DNA of 64,000 bases from Candidatus Peribacteria bacterium (GCA_943358175.1 CALRGV010000006.1:2607-66606); one strand, 5' to 3'; shown: positions 18,430-27,397, counted from the first letter of the stretch. Numbers and translations are program-made. The notes: a model not told the origin generated them from the sequence alone.

Positions 18430-18788
18430 TGCTCGCCACAAAATACCGCGTTCCCAGACAATATATTGATTATATTCTGAAGAAAGGCGAATCTTATACC
18501 TCTAAGCTCTTCATCGTAAGATATAAAACGAACAGAGAAAACTTCTGTCGTTATAGAATAGTCATCAGTAAAAAAGTTGATCCAAAAGCGGTAAAAAGAA
18601 ATTATTTGCGCAGACAAAGCTACGAAGCAATTCGTCTAAACCTGCCTACCGGACAGGCAGGCCTGCCAAAAAATCCTACCACTGGACTTGATGTGATTCT
18701 CATCACGAAAAAGAATGCCATCAAAGCTTCCTATAAAACCATAGAGGAAGACCTTAAAAACAATATCATCAACAGAAAACATGGATAA
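18429..18788 (+). CDS. rnpA: Ribonuclease P protein component
   Basis: Follows rpmH with a TAATG overlap. 119 aa and basic, with a KLFIVRYK and AVKRNYLRR pattern. Confidence 0.8.
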   Translation: MLATKYRVPRQYIDYILKKGESYTSKLFIVRYKTNRENFCRYRIVISKKVDPKAVKRNYLRRQSYEAIRLNLPTGQAGLPKNPTTGLDVILITKKNAIKASYKTIEEDLKNNIINRKHG

Positions 18789-20028
18789 ATTTAACAAAAT
18801 ACTCAAGAACGTTTTAATCTTTCTAATTATTTTCTTGATTGTTAACTATATCGCTCAAAGCTGTCAGAGCAACAACACCCAGATTAACACAAATCCAGGC
18901 AGTATCACCTTTACAAGCACATCAAACGAGTTTAGTCGCCGTGAAGACGTAAGTGTAAACATTTTCAACGACAGCAAAGAAACCATAACTCTTCCAAATG
19001 AATGCCCGGGAGAGCCATTTGAAGTATACAGATTTGAAAACAACAGCTGGTTACAAAAAACCATTACGCCAAAACTGGATTGCAAAAATACCGCAGAGCT
19101 CAAAGTAGAAGCAGGCAAAGAACTAAAAGTAGCTTATACCAATTGGAGCAACGGCCTGTTTGGAGAAATGGGACGCTACAAGATTTCTTTCGCTACGACT
19201 ATAAACAAGAAACCAATTACCATCTCCACCAATGAATTTACAGTTGTGAAAGAAGGCATCTTTCGCCAATTATTTACCGGACTATTCTACCGCCCAATCT
19301 ATAATGGGCTTATTTTCTTAGCGTCTATTGCCCCGCATCACGACCTTGGAATCGCCATCATCCTTCTTACAATTCTTATACGTACCATCCTGCTTGTTCC
19401 TTCTCAAAAATCCATGAAGTCACAACGCCGAATGCAAGAACTTCAACCACGTCTTAATAAAATTAAAGAACAACACAAAGGTGACCAACAAAAAATTGCC
19501 TCAGAGACAATGGCTTTATGGAAAGAAGCCAAAATTAGTCCTTTTGGCAGCTGCTTACCTATATTGATGCAATTCCCTTTCTTGATTGCCCTATTCTACG
19601 TAATCCAAAATGGACTCAATCCAGACAACACTTACTTATTATACGCCCAGTATGAGAATTTCTCCCTTTCGGATATCAACACAAATTTTCTTGGAATTCT
19701 CGATCTGACAGCCATAAACTTTTACGTTCTTCCTGTGATTATCGGCGGATTACAATTCATTCAAATGAAACTTTCTTTCGCAAAAAAACAGCAAGCAGAA
19801 GGAGCAAAAAATGTTCCTGAAACAAAAAATGAAATGGCCATGGCCAACAGTATGATGACCTATGTCATGCCCGTAATGATCGCAGTATTCACCGCCACTC
19901 TACCGGCAGGTGTGGGAATTTACTGGGGAACTTCAACTCTTTATGGCATAATACAACAGTTATTCGTAAACAAAGGAGGCAAGAAAAAAGATCCGAACGA
20001 ACCGACGGTAAAAGTGATTAACAGTTAA
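18781..20028 (+). CDS. yidC: Membrane protein insertase YidC
   Basis: C-terminal 60-kDa insertase core (PIYNGLIFL, KMQELQPRLNKIKEQHKGD, GCLPILMQFPFLIALF). Conserved rnpA-yidC-jag order. Confidence 0.85.
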   Translation: MDKFNKILKNVLIFLIIFLIVNYIAQSCQSNNTQINTNPGSITFTSTSNEFSRREDVSVNIFNDSKETITLPNECPGEPFEVYRFENNSWLQKTITPKLDCKNTAELKVEAGKELKVAYTNWSNGLFGEMGRYKISFATTINKKPITISTNEFTVVKEGIFRQLFTGLFYRPIYNGLIFLASIAPHHDLGIAIILLTILIRTILLVPSQKSMKSQRRMQELQPRLNKIKEQHKGDQQKIASETMALWKEAKISPFGSCLPILMQFPFLIALFYVIQNGLNPDNTYLLYAQYENFSLSDINTNFLGILDLTAINFYVLPVIIGGLQFIQMKLSFAKKQQAEGAKNVPETKNEMAMANSMMTYVMPVMIAVFTATLPAGVGIYWGTSTLYGIIQQLFVNKGGKKKDPNEPTVKVINS

Positions 20029-20108
20029 CAGGCGACAAGGTCGCCCGGCGAGCATAAGAGCGAGCAAGCTGAGCGAAGCGAAAACAAATCATTCTTAATT
20101 AAAAATAT

Positions 20109-20573
20109 ATGGACATCGAAGATTTATTAAAAGAAACTCTCGAAGAGATTCTCAAAAAATTAGGCACGCCATACACCAAACTCATCATCAGCGAAGACGA
20201 AAAAGACAGTTATCTCGTAAACATCAAAAGTGATGAACCGAGCCTCCTCATAGGTTATCACGGTGAAAACATCCAGGCCCTTCAGCATCTTTTAAAGGTA
20301 TTGGTTTGGGGAAAAGCTAAAAGTGAAAAATTTAATATTCTTGTGGATATCGACGATTATCGCAAACGTCAAGAAGACAATGTAATTGCTTTAGCTCAAC
20401 GAAAAGTCGATGCCGTACGCAAGACGGGGCGCAAACAAATTTTGCCACCAATGTCACCATACTTCCGCCGCAAAATTCATCTTTACTGCATGGGTGCCGG
20501 TTTCGACGATATAGAAACTTCCAGCGAAGGAGAAGATGATCGCAGACATCTAATAATAAAGCTTAAAGCCTAA
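20109..20573 (+). CDS. jag: Jag/KhpB-like RNA-binding protein (KH + R3H)
   Basis: LLIGYHGENIQALQHLL (KH-like) and C-terminal R3H-like RRKIHLY. Position after yidC. Confidence 0.7.
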   Translation: MDIEDLLKETLEEILKKLGTPYTKLIISEDEKDSYLVNIKSDEPSLLIGYHGENIQALQHLLKVLVWGKAKSEKFNILVDIDDYRKRQEDNVIALAQRKVDAVRKTGRKQILPPMSPYFRRKIHLYCMGAGFDDIETSSEGEDDRRHLIIKLKA

Positions 20574-20579
20574 ATCAAC

Positions 20580-21503
20580 ATGAGTAACTCTAAATTTATC
20601 GCCGCAACGTTACTCATTCCCCTCTTCCTCTCCACAAACTTATCCACAGTTTCAGCGGATACTTTTACCGATGTGAGGGAAGGACATGCCTATTACACAG
20701 CCATTGTCCACCTCAAAGAAAAAAATATTATCAGTGGCTACGACGACGGCAGTTTCAAACCAAATCAGCAAATCAATCGCTCCGAAGCCCTAAAAATGCT
20801 CACTTTGGCCAGCGGAGTATTCAAAGACTCTCTTCCAAAACCAAAAGAAGCACCTTTTACCGATACTCCCCTTGGTGAGTGGTACACGGAATATCTCGCG
20901 GCAGCTAAAGATAAACACATTATCAACGGCTATGACGACGGCTCTTTCAAACCTGAATCTCCAATCAATTTGGCGGAAGCTCTCAAAATATATTTTGAAG
21001 CGGTAAATAGCGTAAATGAAAACACCATAAATTTTGAGGACTCATTCAACACTACTTTCATAGATACACCACCGGATTCTTGGTATATCCAATACACAAA
21101 TTACGCCGGCTCACGCGACCTGATAAACATCTACGAAGACAACACCATCAATCCTCACCAAATTATGACCCGTGGCTATTTAGCCGAAATCATTTACCGC
21201 ACAATGCAAGATCACGAGGGTTTTGATTTTGGTAAAGCCACCTATTATTTCGGTATCCCGGGCAAAATAAAAGAAAATTACAATTACGACGAGGAGTTAA
21301 TGGTCACGGCACACAAAACTTTGCCATTCGGCACCATCCTTGAAGTCACCAATATGGCCAATGGAAAATCCGTAAAAGTAAAAGTCACCGATCGCGGACC
21401 ATACGGATATGGACGCGTTCTGGATTTATCAAAAAAAGCCTTCGCGAAATTGGCTTCACCTAGCGTAGGAATCATTACCGTTCAATATCATGAGTATCAT
21501 TGA
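20580..21503 (+). CDS. Secreted SLH-domain protein with C-terminal RlpA-like double-psi beta-barrel domain
   Basis: Signal peptide; SLH repeats (GYDDGSFKPNQQINRSEALKM, twice); C-terminal LPFGTILEVTNMANGKSVKVKVTDRGPYG. Confidence 0.75.
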   Translation: MSNSKFIAATLLIPLFLSTNLSTVSADTFTDVREGHAYYTAIVHLKEKNIISGYDDGSFKPNQQINRSEALKMLTLASGVFKDSLPKPKEAPFTDTPLGEWYTEYLAAAKDKHIINGYDDGSFKPESPINLAEALKIYFEAVNSVNENTINFEDSFNTTFIDTPPDSWYIQYTNYAGSRDLINIYEDNTINPHQIMTRGYLAEIIYRTMQDHEGFDFGKATYYFGIPGKIKENYNYDEELMVTAHKTLPFGTILEVTNMANGKSVKVKVTDRGPYGYGRVLDLSKKAFAKLASPSVGIITVQYHEYH

Positions 21504-21837
21504 TTACGAATTAAAACACGGCAAAATTCGCAATAAAGAAACCCTGAAAAACGAAGCTCGTCGCACCATTCGCCTACTCATTGTTACCCTGACAATTATG
21601 ATTGTAGCTTTAAGTGTGATTTTTCTTTTCAACAGTAATACGGGCGCCCAAAAAGGCAATATCATGCAAAAGTTGAAAAGTGAAAACAAGGAATTAAAAA
21701 ATCAAGAACTCGAACTTACTACGAAAGTTACAGATTCAACTTCCTTCACGAATCTCGAAGAAAATGAACAAGTTTCCGAAATGCAAAAAACAGAAATACA
21801 AAGCTACATCACTCCCGAAGACAACAAAATAAAATAG
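21490..21837 (+). CDS. Small bitopic membrane protein with coiled coil, FtsL/DivIC-like architecture
   Basis: One TM helix followed by KLKSENKELKNQELEL. 14-nt overlap with the upstream gene. Confidence 0.4.
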   Translation: MSIIDYELKHGKIRNKETLKNEARRTIRLLIVTLTIMIVALSVIFLFNSNTGAQKGNIMQKLKSENKELKNQELELTTKVTDSTSFTNLEENEQVSEMQKTEIQSYITPEDNKIK

Positions 21838-21841
21838 CCAA

Positions 21842-21869
21842 TTGACATTGCCTTTGCAATCCTTATACT
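21842..21869 (+). promoter_or_regulatory. Sigma70-type promoter for tRNA-Glu
   Basis: TTGACA (21842-21847), N16, TATACT (21864-21869), about 25 nt before the tRNA 5-prime end. Confidence 0.45.
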
Positions 21870-21894
21870 AAGCTCTGCGAATTTCGACACACAT

Positions 21895-21969
21895 GGCGCC
21901 ATCGTCTAATGGTTAGGACAGCGGGTTTTCATCCCGTAAACGGGGGTTCGATTCCCCCTGGCGCTACCA
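21895..21969 (+). tRNA. tRNA-Glu (anticodon UUC), CCA encoded
   Basis: Hand fold: GGCGCCA/UC/GUC-UAAUGGUUAG-GAC/A/GCGGG-UUUUCAU-CCCGU/AAAC/GGGGG-UUCGAUU-CCCCC/UGGCGCU/A/CCA. 75 nt. Confidence 0.92.
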
Positions 21970-21970
21970 T

Positions 21971-23203
21971 CTACTTTTCCGCAACAACATTAACATCCTC
22001 CATTTTAGTCCCGGGAACATACCCGGCTGAAACTCTTTTTACTTTATCGCTAATATTCAAAACCGTTCCATTTACACTTGGCGCGGTAATTGGAGAATCC
22101 CCTTTCTCTAAAACTATATCACCAAAAACTCTTACCGATGATGACAAAGCCAAGCGATAATCTCCTTCAGGCAAACCATCAACCGGAAGATCCACTCGGA
22201 CAGAATCAAGTAAACTACCTCTGGATAATTGAGCAACCTCAACAGGCGCAGACGCATACTGCAACGTCCTATTAACAAATTCCGGCCTTAACCCATCCTT
22301 AATATTTGGCAACGCACCAGCCAGTTTTCTCGCATCCATTTCTCCAACCAAACCAGCCTTCACAATCACCGACTCAGGAATAACCACACCATCAGCATTA
22401 ACTTGCGGCGCAAGATTATCAAAAATCTGAGCCTGAGGTTCTTCAGTCAAACCCACATGCATCGTTTCAGAAATCAGCAAATCAATTGGCTTATCGTGCT
22501 GATATTTAGTTGCATCGGTACAAATAACTTTCACTCTCTCCTGAAGACCCAATCTCTCAATAATTTTCTCAGCCATTTTCGCGGAACCCTTATTCAATTC
22601 CAAGCAGGTAACTTTCACTTTTGAAGATTTCAAGGCTGCTAAAATACCAAAAAGAGGAATTGGCCCGGTACCAGCATCTACCATTTCTATTTCTTCACGA
22701 CGAACATCTAAATTTCCCAACGCTCCATACAATCCTTGAATAAATTTTATTGTTCGCTGTTCATCATTCATACACCCCAAAGCTCTTCCTAATTCTAATC
22801 CTTCACCATCCTCGATAAAATCAGCCTTATTCAAATTTTGTAGCAAAAATTCCTTCAATTCCCTCACGTCTCGACTCCACTCCGTATCCCCATTCAAATT
22901 GCCTAAAATACCGTCTACTCTAGCCCTCGCATTATCTTGAATTGCTGCATTTATAAAAGCCGGATCCTTAATTCGTTGACGAACAATTCTTTGCCTCTCT
23001 TTTGCGTCAAAAGCCGGTTCATTCAGCGCTCTATTAATGACAGGCATACAATGGCTACAAACAACTCCTACCATAGTATTCACTCCATCGACTCTAGGGC
23101 CACCTGCCTCAAACCTTCTATTCATCGCCAAATCCCTCGCACTTCCGGGATGAAGAACGGGCTCGCCCCTAATCACACAGGTTTTACTCGATTCAGCACC
23201 CAT
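21971..23203 (-). CDS. Class I SAM-dependent methyltransferase with PRMT-like motifs
   Basis: VDAGTGPIPLFG (motif I), VTCLELN, DLLISETMHVGL (resembles the PRMT ISEWMG motif). The track start 23263 is a TTG; ATG 23203 (MGAESSK...) is preferred. Confidence 0.55.
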   Translation of the reverse strand: MGAESSKTCVIRGEPVLHPGSARDLAMNRRFEAGGPRVDGVNTMVGVVCSHCMPVINRALNEPAFDAKERQRIVRQRIKDPAFINAAIQDNARARVDGILGNLNGDTEWSRDVRELKEFLLQNLNKADFIEDGEGLELGRALGCMNDEQRTIKFIQGLYGALGNLDVRREEIEMVDAGTGPIPLFGILAALKSSKVKVTCLELNKGSAKMAEKIIERLGLQERVKVICTDATKYQHDKPIDLLISETMHVGLTEEPQAQIFDNLAPQVNADGVVIPESVIVKAGLVGEMDARKLAGALPNIKDGLRPEFVNRTLQYASAPVEVAQLSRGSLLDSVRVDLPVDGLPEGDYRLALSSSVRVFGDIVLEKGDSPITAPSVNGTVLNISDKVKRVSAGYVPGTKMEDVNVVAEK

Positions 23204-23285
23204 CAAGAATAATTTAAAAGATATTAAATTATAACACGAATCAGCGCTCAGGCAAAGCCTCAAGCTCCCAATTCAAGCCAAAAAA

Positions 23286-23312
23286 TGGTATAATACCCAG
23301 ATTGATTATACC
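23286..23312. promoter_or_regulatory. Extended -10 promoter (TGgTATAAT) embedded in an 8-bp inverted repeat
   Basis: TG 23286-23287 and TATAAT 23289-23294 on the + strand. GGTATAAT (23287-23294) and ATTATACC (23305-23312) are exact complements, so a second TATAAT faces the minus-strand gene. Confidence 0.45.
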
Positions 23313-23323
23313 TTATTTTAAAT

Positions 23324-26300
23324 ATGAGTCTCGAAGGAAATCAAAATATTGTTAAAAGCGAGCAAGGCCGTCTTGATAAAATCGATACAAAAATCGACAA
23401 AAAAGTCGTACTTAGCGGTAAGGATTATTCCAATATTGTTTTCAACAAAGTAGATACCACCATAGCTAAGGTAAACACAGATTTTGGCATAAAAAATGAA
23501 GCAATACTTAAAGACCAAAATTATCAGAACATGAAGACGAAAGCCCTCAATGGCATCACTCAAACACTCTTTAAACTGGATGAAAAAAACATTTCCGAGC
23601 TTGCCGGAAAACTCGATAAACTTCTCACTGCAATTGAACAAGGCGGAGAAAAAATGAGTACCCTCGATGCCTCTCTAAATTCATCCGACAAACTTGCGCA
23701 ACAACTAAAAAGCCTTAAAGAAAAAGGCGATATAGACGGCATGGTAAAAGCCACAAAAGAATACATGACCGCCAACGAGCAAACGCTCAACGATGCCCAA
23801 AAAGTCGATCTCCTAAATCAGCTCAACGGACAACTCCTTGCTCAATCGGAACAACTACGCAAAGGAGAGATAATGAATGTAAAAGGTGTCGAATGGCGCC
23901 TCGGAGACACGATTGTAGCCTCTCGACTAAACATGGATGAAAACGGTATTCATCATGAAATACACGAAATAGCCAAAGTGGAAAAAATCGATACCGCACA
24001 AGGAGTTATGCTTCGTGAAGGAGCAACGACTAAAACAATTCCTCTCACGAATTTTGAAGAATATCTCGATACCGGACTCGCCATTCAAAATCAATATGGC
24101 AAAGAAAAAAATCCATTCGCGCTCGGCAATGAACGCCGCATTATTGCCACACAATCCCCCAGCGATACTCTCGCAAAAGAAGCTCAAGAAATGCAGCAAA
24201 AAGCGGCCTTAATTGCCCTCAAAGATCTCGTGGTAAAAGGCAGCGCACTCGCCTCCTGCAAAGATTTTACGCCAAAATCTCCGCGTACTTTTGCTTTAAT
24301 CAGAGACAAAAACATTGCAATTGATACCAACACGGGCGCCGTAAATTTCGACAAAACCTTTGATAATTGCAGCATTGAAGATCAACAAATTGTAGTTGAT
24401 GAATTAGTACAATTCCTCAAAGGAAAAGGAGCAGAGCAAAAGGTAGAAGATGCTAAATCTCCGGAAGAAAAACTCTTCTACCAAGCTGAATTATCACTTC
24501 AAAAAGGAAATATTTCAGAAGCCCGTGGAGATTGCATCAAATTCATGCAATCACTCAATGGAAAAGAGCTCACTCCGGATCTACTTCCACTGAAAGAAAA
24601 AGCCGAAGGCTATCTCAAGGGAATGTGGCAACACAGCATGAACGAGCTCAAACAAGCCAATGAAACAATGTTCGGCAAAGCCGCCCGCGAACAAGTCCGC
24701 GACAAAATGAAATATGGCATGCTCAAAGGCGATTCTCAACAAATGAAACGTTTTGAGGAAGCTTTTCAAGCTGTCCATAATCAAGCAAATGAACGCATCG
24801 AGGCCGCTTCTCAAGATTCAAAAACAGAAAACATTCTTCAAGATCCTTCCTCAATTTTCAAAGACCTTCCACAGCCATCAGGAGAAAATGCTAAAGAAAT
24901 CACGGCATGTCAGGATGCTTGGCAAAAAATTGCTTTCGCCCAAACCATGGACATGCGCAATAATTCTTCGGCGCAAAAACAAGAAAACTACGCTGATGCC
25001 GCAGACGCTCTCCGCGCACTCGGTCTCTATGATTTCTCCGAGGATTTCGTAAAAAAAGGCCTACGTGACCGCCTGGATATAAATAAAAACAGCGACACTC
25101 TGAAGGCAAAAAAACAAGAATGCGTCATGCGTCTCAACTCACACCGCGAAGAATATGCCACCCGCGTAAAAAAACAATTTCTGGAACAAACACTCAACCT
25201 ATCGGGACGCCCCGAGCTAAGCGAGAAGCAATTCAATAACATGATTGATCAAGCGATAGACCGCGCTGCCGATCAACAAATTGACGCCGCCCTTCTTAAA
25301 TCCGCCGTCACGCAAATGGACGAAGGAGGACTGAAAGGTTCTGACGCACGACTAGCACAAATTTACAAAAATATTGAAAATCCTAATGAAAATTTACTGA
25401 GTTTCGGTGACAAAGAAATTGACGCCCTCGGAGATAAAGTAATACATTTTGCCGCTGAAATGGCTGTACAAGCAGCCCTCATGGCAGTCACCGGTGGTAT
25501 AGGAAATATTGCCACTGCAGGTGTGCGCACCGCATTGATGAGCGCGGGAGCACGCGAAGCAATCGCGGGAGCCGCAGGATTTATGGCAAACGCCGCCGCC
25601 TTCGAAGTAGCTACAAAAGTTCTCTCTCCATACGTCACCGGTGGCCCGGGATTCACCACTGCCGAAGATTTCGCCCTCGACTATGGAAAATCACTTCTCA
25701 TGTTTGGCGCACTACACGGCTTAGGCAAATTCGCCGGTGCCGCAAGCAAAGAAGCCAGCGCCACACAAGTAGCAAGTTTAGGCCAAAAAGCGACAATTTA
25801 CACCGCTCAACTGGGAACAGAAGTTGCCGTCCTCGCCGGTCTCTCAGAACTCGAAGCCGCCCGCGATGGAAAACTAACATCTATGAATGGCGTCCACCTT
25901 CTCGGTGAAAACGTCGCCGCAGTCCTCGGTCTCCGCGCCGGAACAAAACTTGTGCATGCAAGCGGGTTAAATGAAGGATTCGCAAAAGCTACGGAAGCAA
26001 CCGCAAAAGTCGTAGGAAAAACCGGCAAAAATTTCGCCGAAGGAGCAAGCAACGTAGTTGAGCTAAAAACTGAAAAAACAGCACAAGTCCCAGAATCAAC
26101 TCCATCTAAAATAAGTACGGCAAAATTAAATCAAACAATTGAGGGTCCATTAACAAAATCATCAGAATTCAAAGTGAATGATCGTCCCCTGGGAGAAACC
26201 ATCAAACCACCGGCAAAAACAGATCCAAGAAGTTATGCTCAGACAATCGAAGAGATAATTAAAGACCCGAAGAAACAACAAGAACTTGGTATTAAACCAG

Positions 26301-27085
26301 AAGACTTGCCGGTAGTTATTAGATTCCATGAATATATTAAAAATCTTGAAGGGAAAGTGCAAACTCTGCGTGATGAAGCACTACAGGCAAGAGGAGTTCT
26401 TGATAGTATCATTGATGACATCGCTCTTAAATCAGACATCGCCGAGGGAGGTAAAATGAATAATGTACCAATCAAAGGAATGCCACGTATCATGGAAAAA
26501 GTTATAGATTCCACTTCTGAAGGTTATAATGGAAATATTTCCCAACTCCGTGATCTGGCCCGCGGCACGATTGTATTCAAGTCATTCGAAGATATCCCCC
26601 ATGCGCTAGAAACATTACAAAGTGATCCGAGAGTATCAAAATTATACGTAAAAAATAATATTGGCGATGCATACGGAAAGACACCTCATCCTGCCGGCTA
26701 CCGTGATGTCAACATAACTATGGAGGTTATCTCAAACGGAAAACCACATGTGGTTGAGCTACAACTCCACGTAAAAGAAATGATCGAAGCCAAAGAAAAA
26801 GGCCGTCCAGTCGATCCAGCAAAAATTGCCGATCTTGGATTTACAACGCATGATCAAGAGATGGTAAGAAAACTCGATCCAAAACTACAAATTGTAAGGG
26901 AAGGTAATATTGTTAAAGGTCATGAACTTTATGAAATTTGGCGTAAAATTGGAGAAAATGATCCTATGGACATGCAGATACTGAAGAAAAAACTAGAAAA
27001 CTTGATGCAAAAAGTCTACAATGATGCATGGCAAGATGTATTAAAAAAACACGATAGTAAGCCAGCTCTTAAAAAAGCCGCGTAA
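23324..27085 (+). CDS. Giant protein with C-terminal RelA/SpoT-type nucleotide pyrophosphokinase (alarmone-synthetase-like) domain
   Basis: C-terminal motifs PIKGMPRIMEKV, LRDLARGTIVF, PAGYRDVNITMEV, HVVELQLHV. The N-terminal ~1000 aa are unrecognisable. Gly/Ala-rich hydrophobic block mid-protein. Confidence 0.7.
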   Translation: MSLEGNQNIVKSEQGRLDKIDTKIDKKVVLSGKDYSNIVFNKVDTTIAKVNTDFGIKNEAILKDQNYQNMKTKALNGITQTLFKLDEKNISELAGKLDKLLTAIEQGGEKMSTLDASLNSSDKLAQQLKSLKEKGDIDGMVKATKEYMTANEQTLNDAQKVDLLNQLNGQLLAQSEQLRKGEIMNVKGVEWRLGDTIVASRLNMDENGIHHEIHEIAKVEKIDTAQGVMLREGATTKTIPLTNFEEYLDTGLAIQNQYGKEKNPFALGNERRIIATQSPSDTLAKEAQEMQQKAALIALKDLVVKGSALASCKDFTPKSPRTFALIRDKNIAIDTNTGAVNFDKTFDNCSIEDQQIVVDELVQFLKGKGAEQKVEDAKSPEEKLFYQAELSLQKGNISEARGDCIKFMQSLNGKELTPDLLPLKEKAEGYLKGMWQHSMNELKQANETMFGKAAREQVRDKMKYGMLKGDSQQMKRFEEAFQAVHNQANERIEAASQDSKTENILQDPSSIFKDLPQPSGENAKEITACQDAWQKIAFAQTMDMRNNSSAQKQENYADAADALRALGLYDFSEDFVKKGLRDRLDINKNSDTLKAKKQECVMRLNSHREEYATRVKKQFLEQTLNLSGRPELSEKQFNNMIDQAIDRAADQQIDAALLKSAVTQMDEGGLKGSDARLAQIYKNIENPNENLLSFGDKEIDALGDKVIHFAAEMAVQAALMAVTGGIGNIATAGVRTALMSAGAREAIAGAAGFMANAAAFEVATKVLSPYVTGGPGFTTAEDFALDYGKSLLMFGALHGLGKFAGAASKEASATQVASLGQKATIYTAQLGTEVAVLAGLSELEAARDGKLTSMNGVHLLGENVAAVLGLRAGTKLVHASGLNEGFAKATEATAKVVGKTGKNFAEGASNVVELKTEKTAQVPESTPSKISTAKLNQTIEGPLTKSSEFKVNDRPLGETIKPPAKTDPRSYAQTIEEIIKDPKKQQELGIKPEDLPVVIRFHEYIKNLEGKVQTLRDEALQARGVLDSIIDDIALKSDIAEGGKMNNVPIKGMPRIMEKVIDSTSEGYNGNISQLRDLARGTIVFKSFEDIPHALETLQSDPRVSKLYVKNNIGDAYGKTPHPAGYRDVNITMEVISNGKPHVVELQLHVKEMIEAKEKGRPVDPAKIADLGFTTHDQEMVRKLDPKLQIVREGNIVKGHELYEIWRKIGENDPMDMQILKKKLENLMQKVYNDAWQDVLKKHDSKPALKKAA

Positions 27086-27115
27086 TAAAAAACAATAAAC
27101 ATAACCAATAATTTT

Positions 27116-27391
27116 ATGGAAGAACCAGAAACAACAACAGGATGGGGTGATGACCCAGATAAGCCTTATGCAGACGTTTGCAAAGAGCGCGCAGGGACAA
27201 CTCTTTTTTGGCTTGTGGACAATGTACCTGTTAGAGAACAATACAGTACTGATGGACAAACCTCTCAACGCTTTGGGCTAAAGGAGGGCCAATGGGTACC
27301 GGGCTATCCCGGAGAATCCACATTCTTTGAAAATGCCTCAAGAGTTGAACAAGCTGACTTTGATGCAGCAGTAAACAAATCAACTAATTGA
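27116..27391 (+). CDS. Small acidic hypothetical protein (candidate immunity/antitoxin)
   Basis: 91-aa ATG ORF, 30 nt after the RSH-domain gene and 6 nt before the HD hydrolase gene. No recognisable motif. Confidence 0.5.
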   Translation: MEEPETTTGWGDDPDKPYADVCKERAGTTLFWLVDNVPVREQYSTDGQTSQRFGLKEGQWVPGYPGESTFFENASRVEQADFDAAVNKSTN

Positions 27392-27397
27392 TTCAGT

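Noticed and set aside
20640-20648. Perfect DnaA box TTATCCACA, near the origin-proximal rpmH-rnpA-yidC-jag cluster.
   Set aside because: It is a single box inside the coding sequence of the SLH/RlpA-like gene. There is no cluster of boxes, no A/T-rich unwinding element and no dnaA gene nearby, so there is no support for oriC here.
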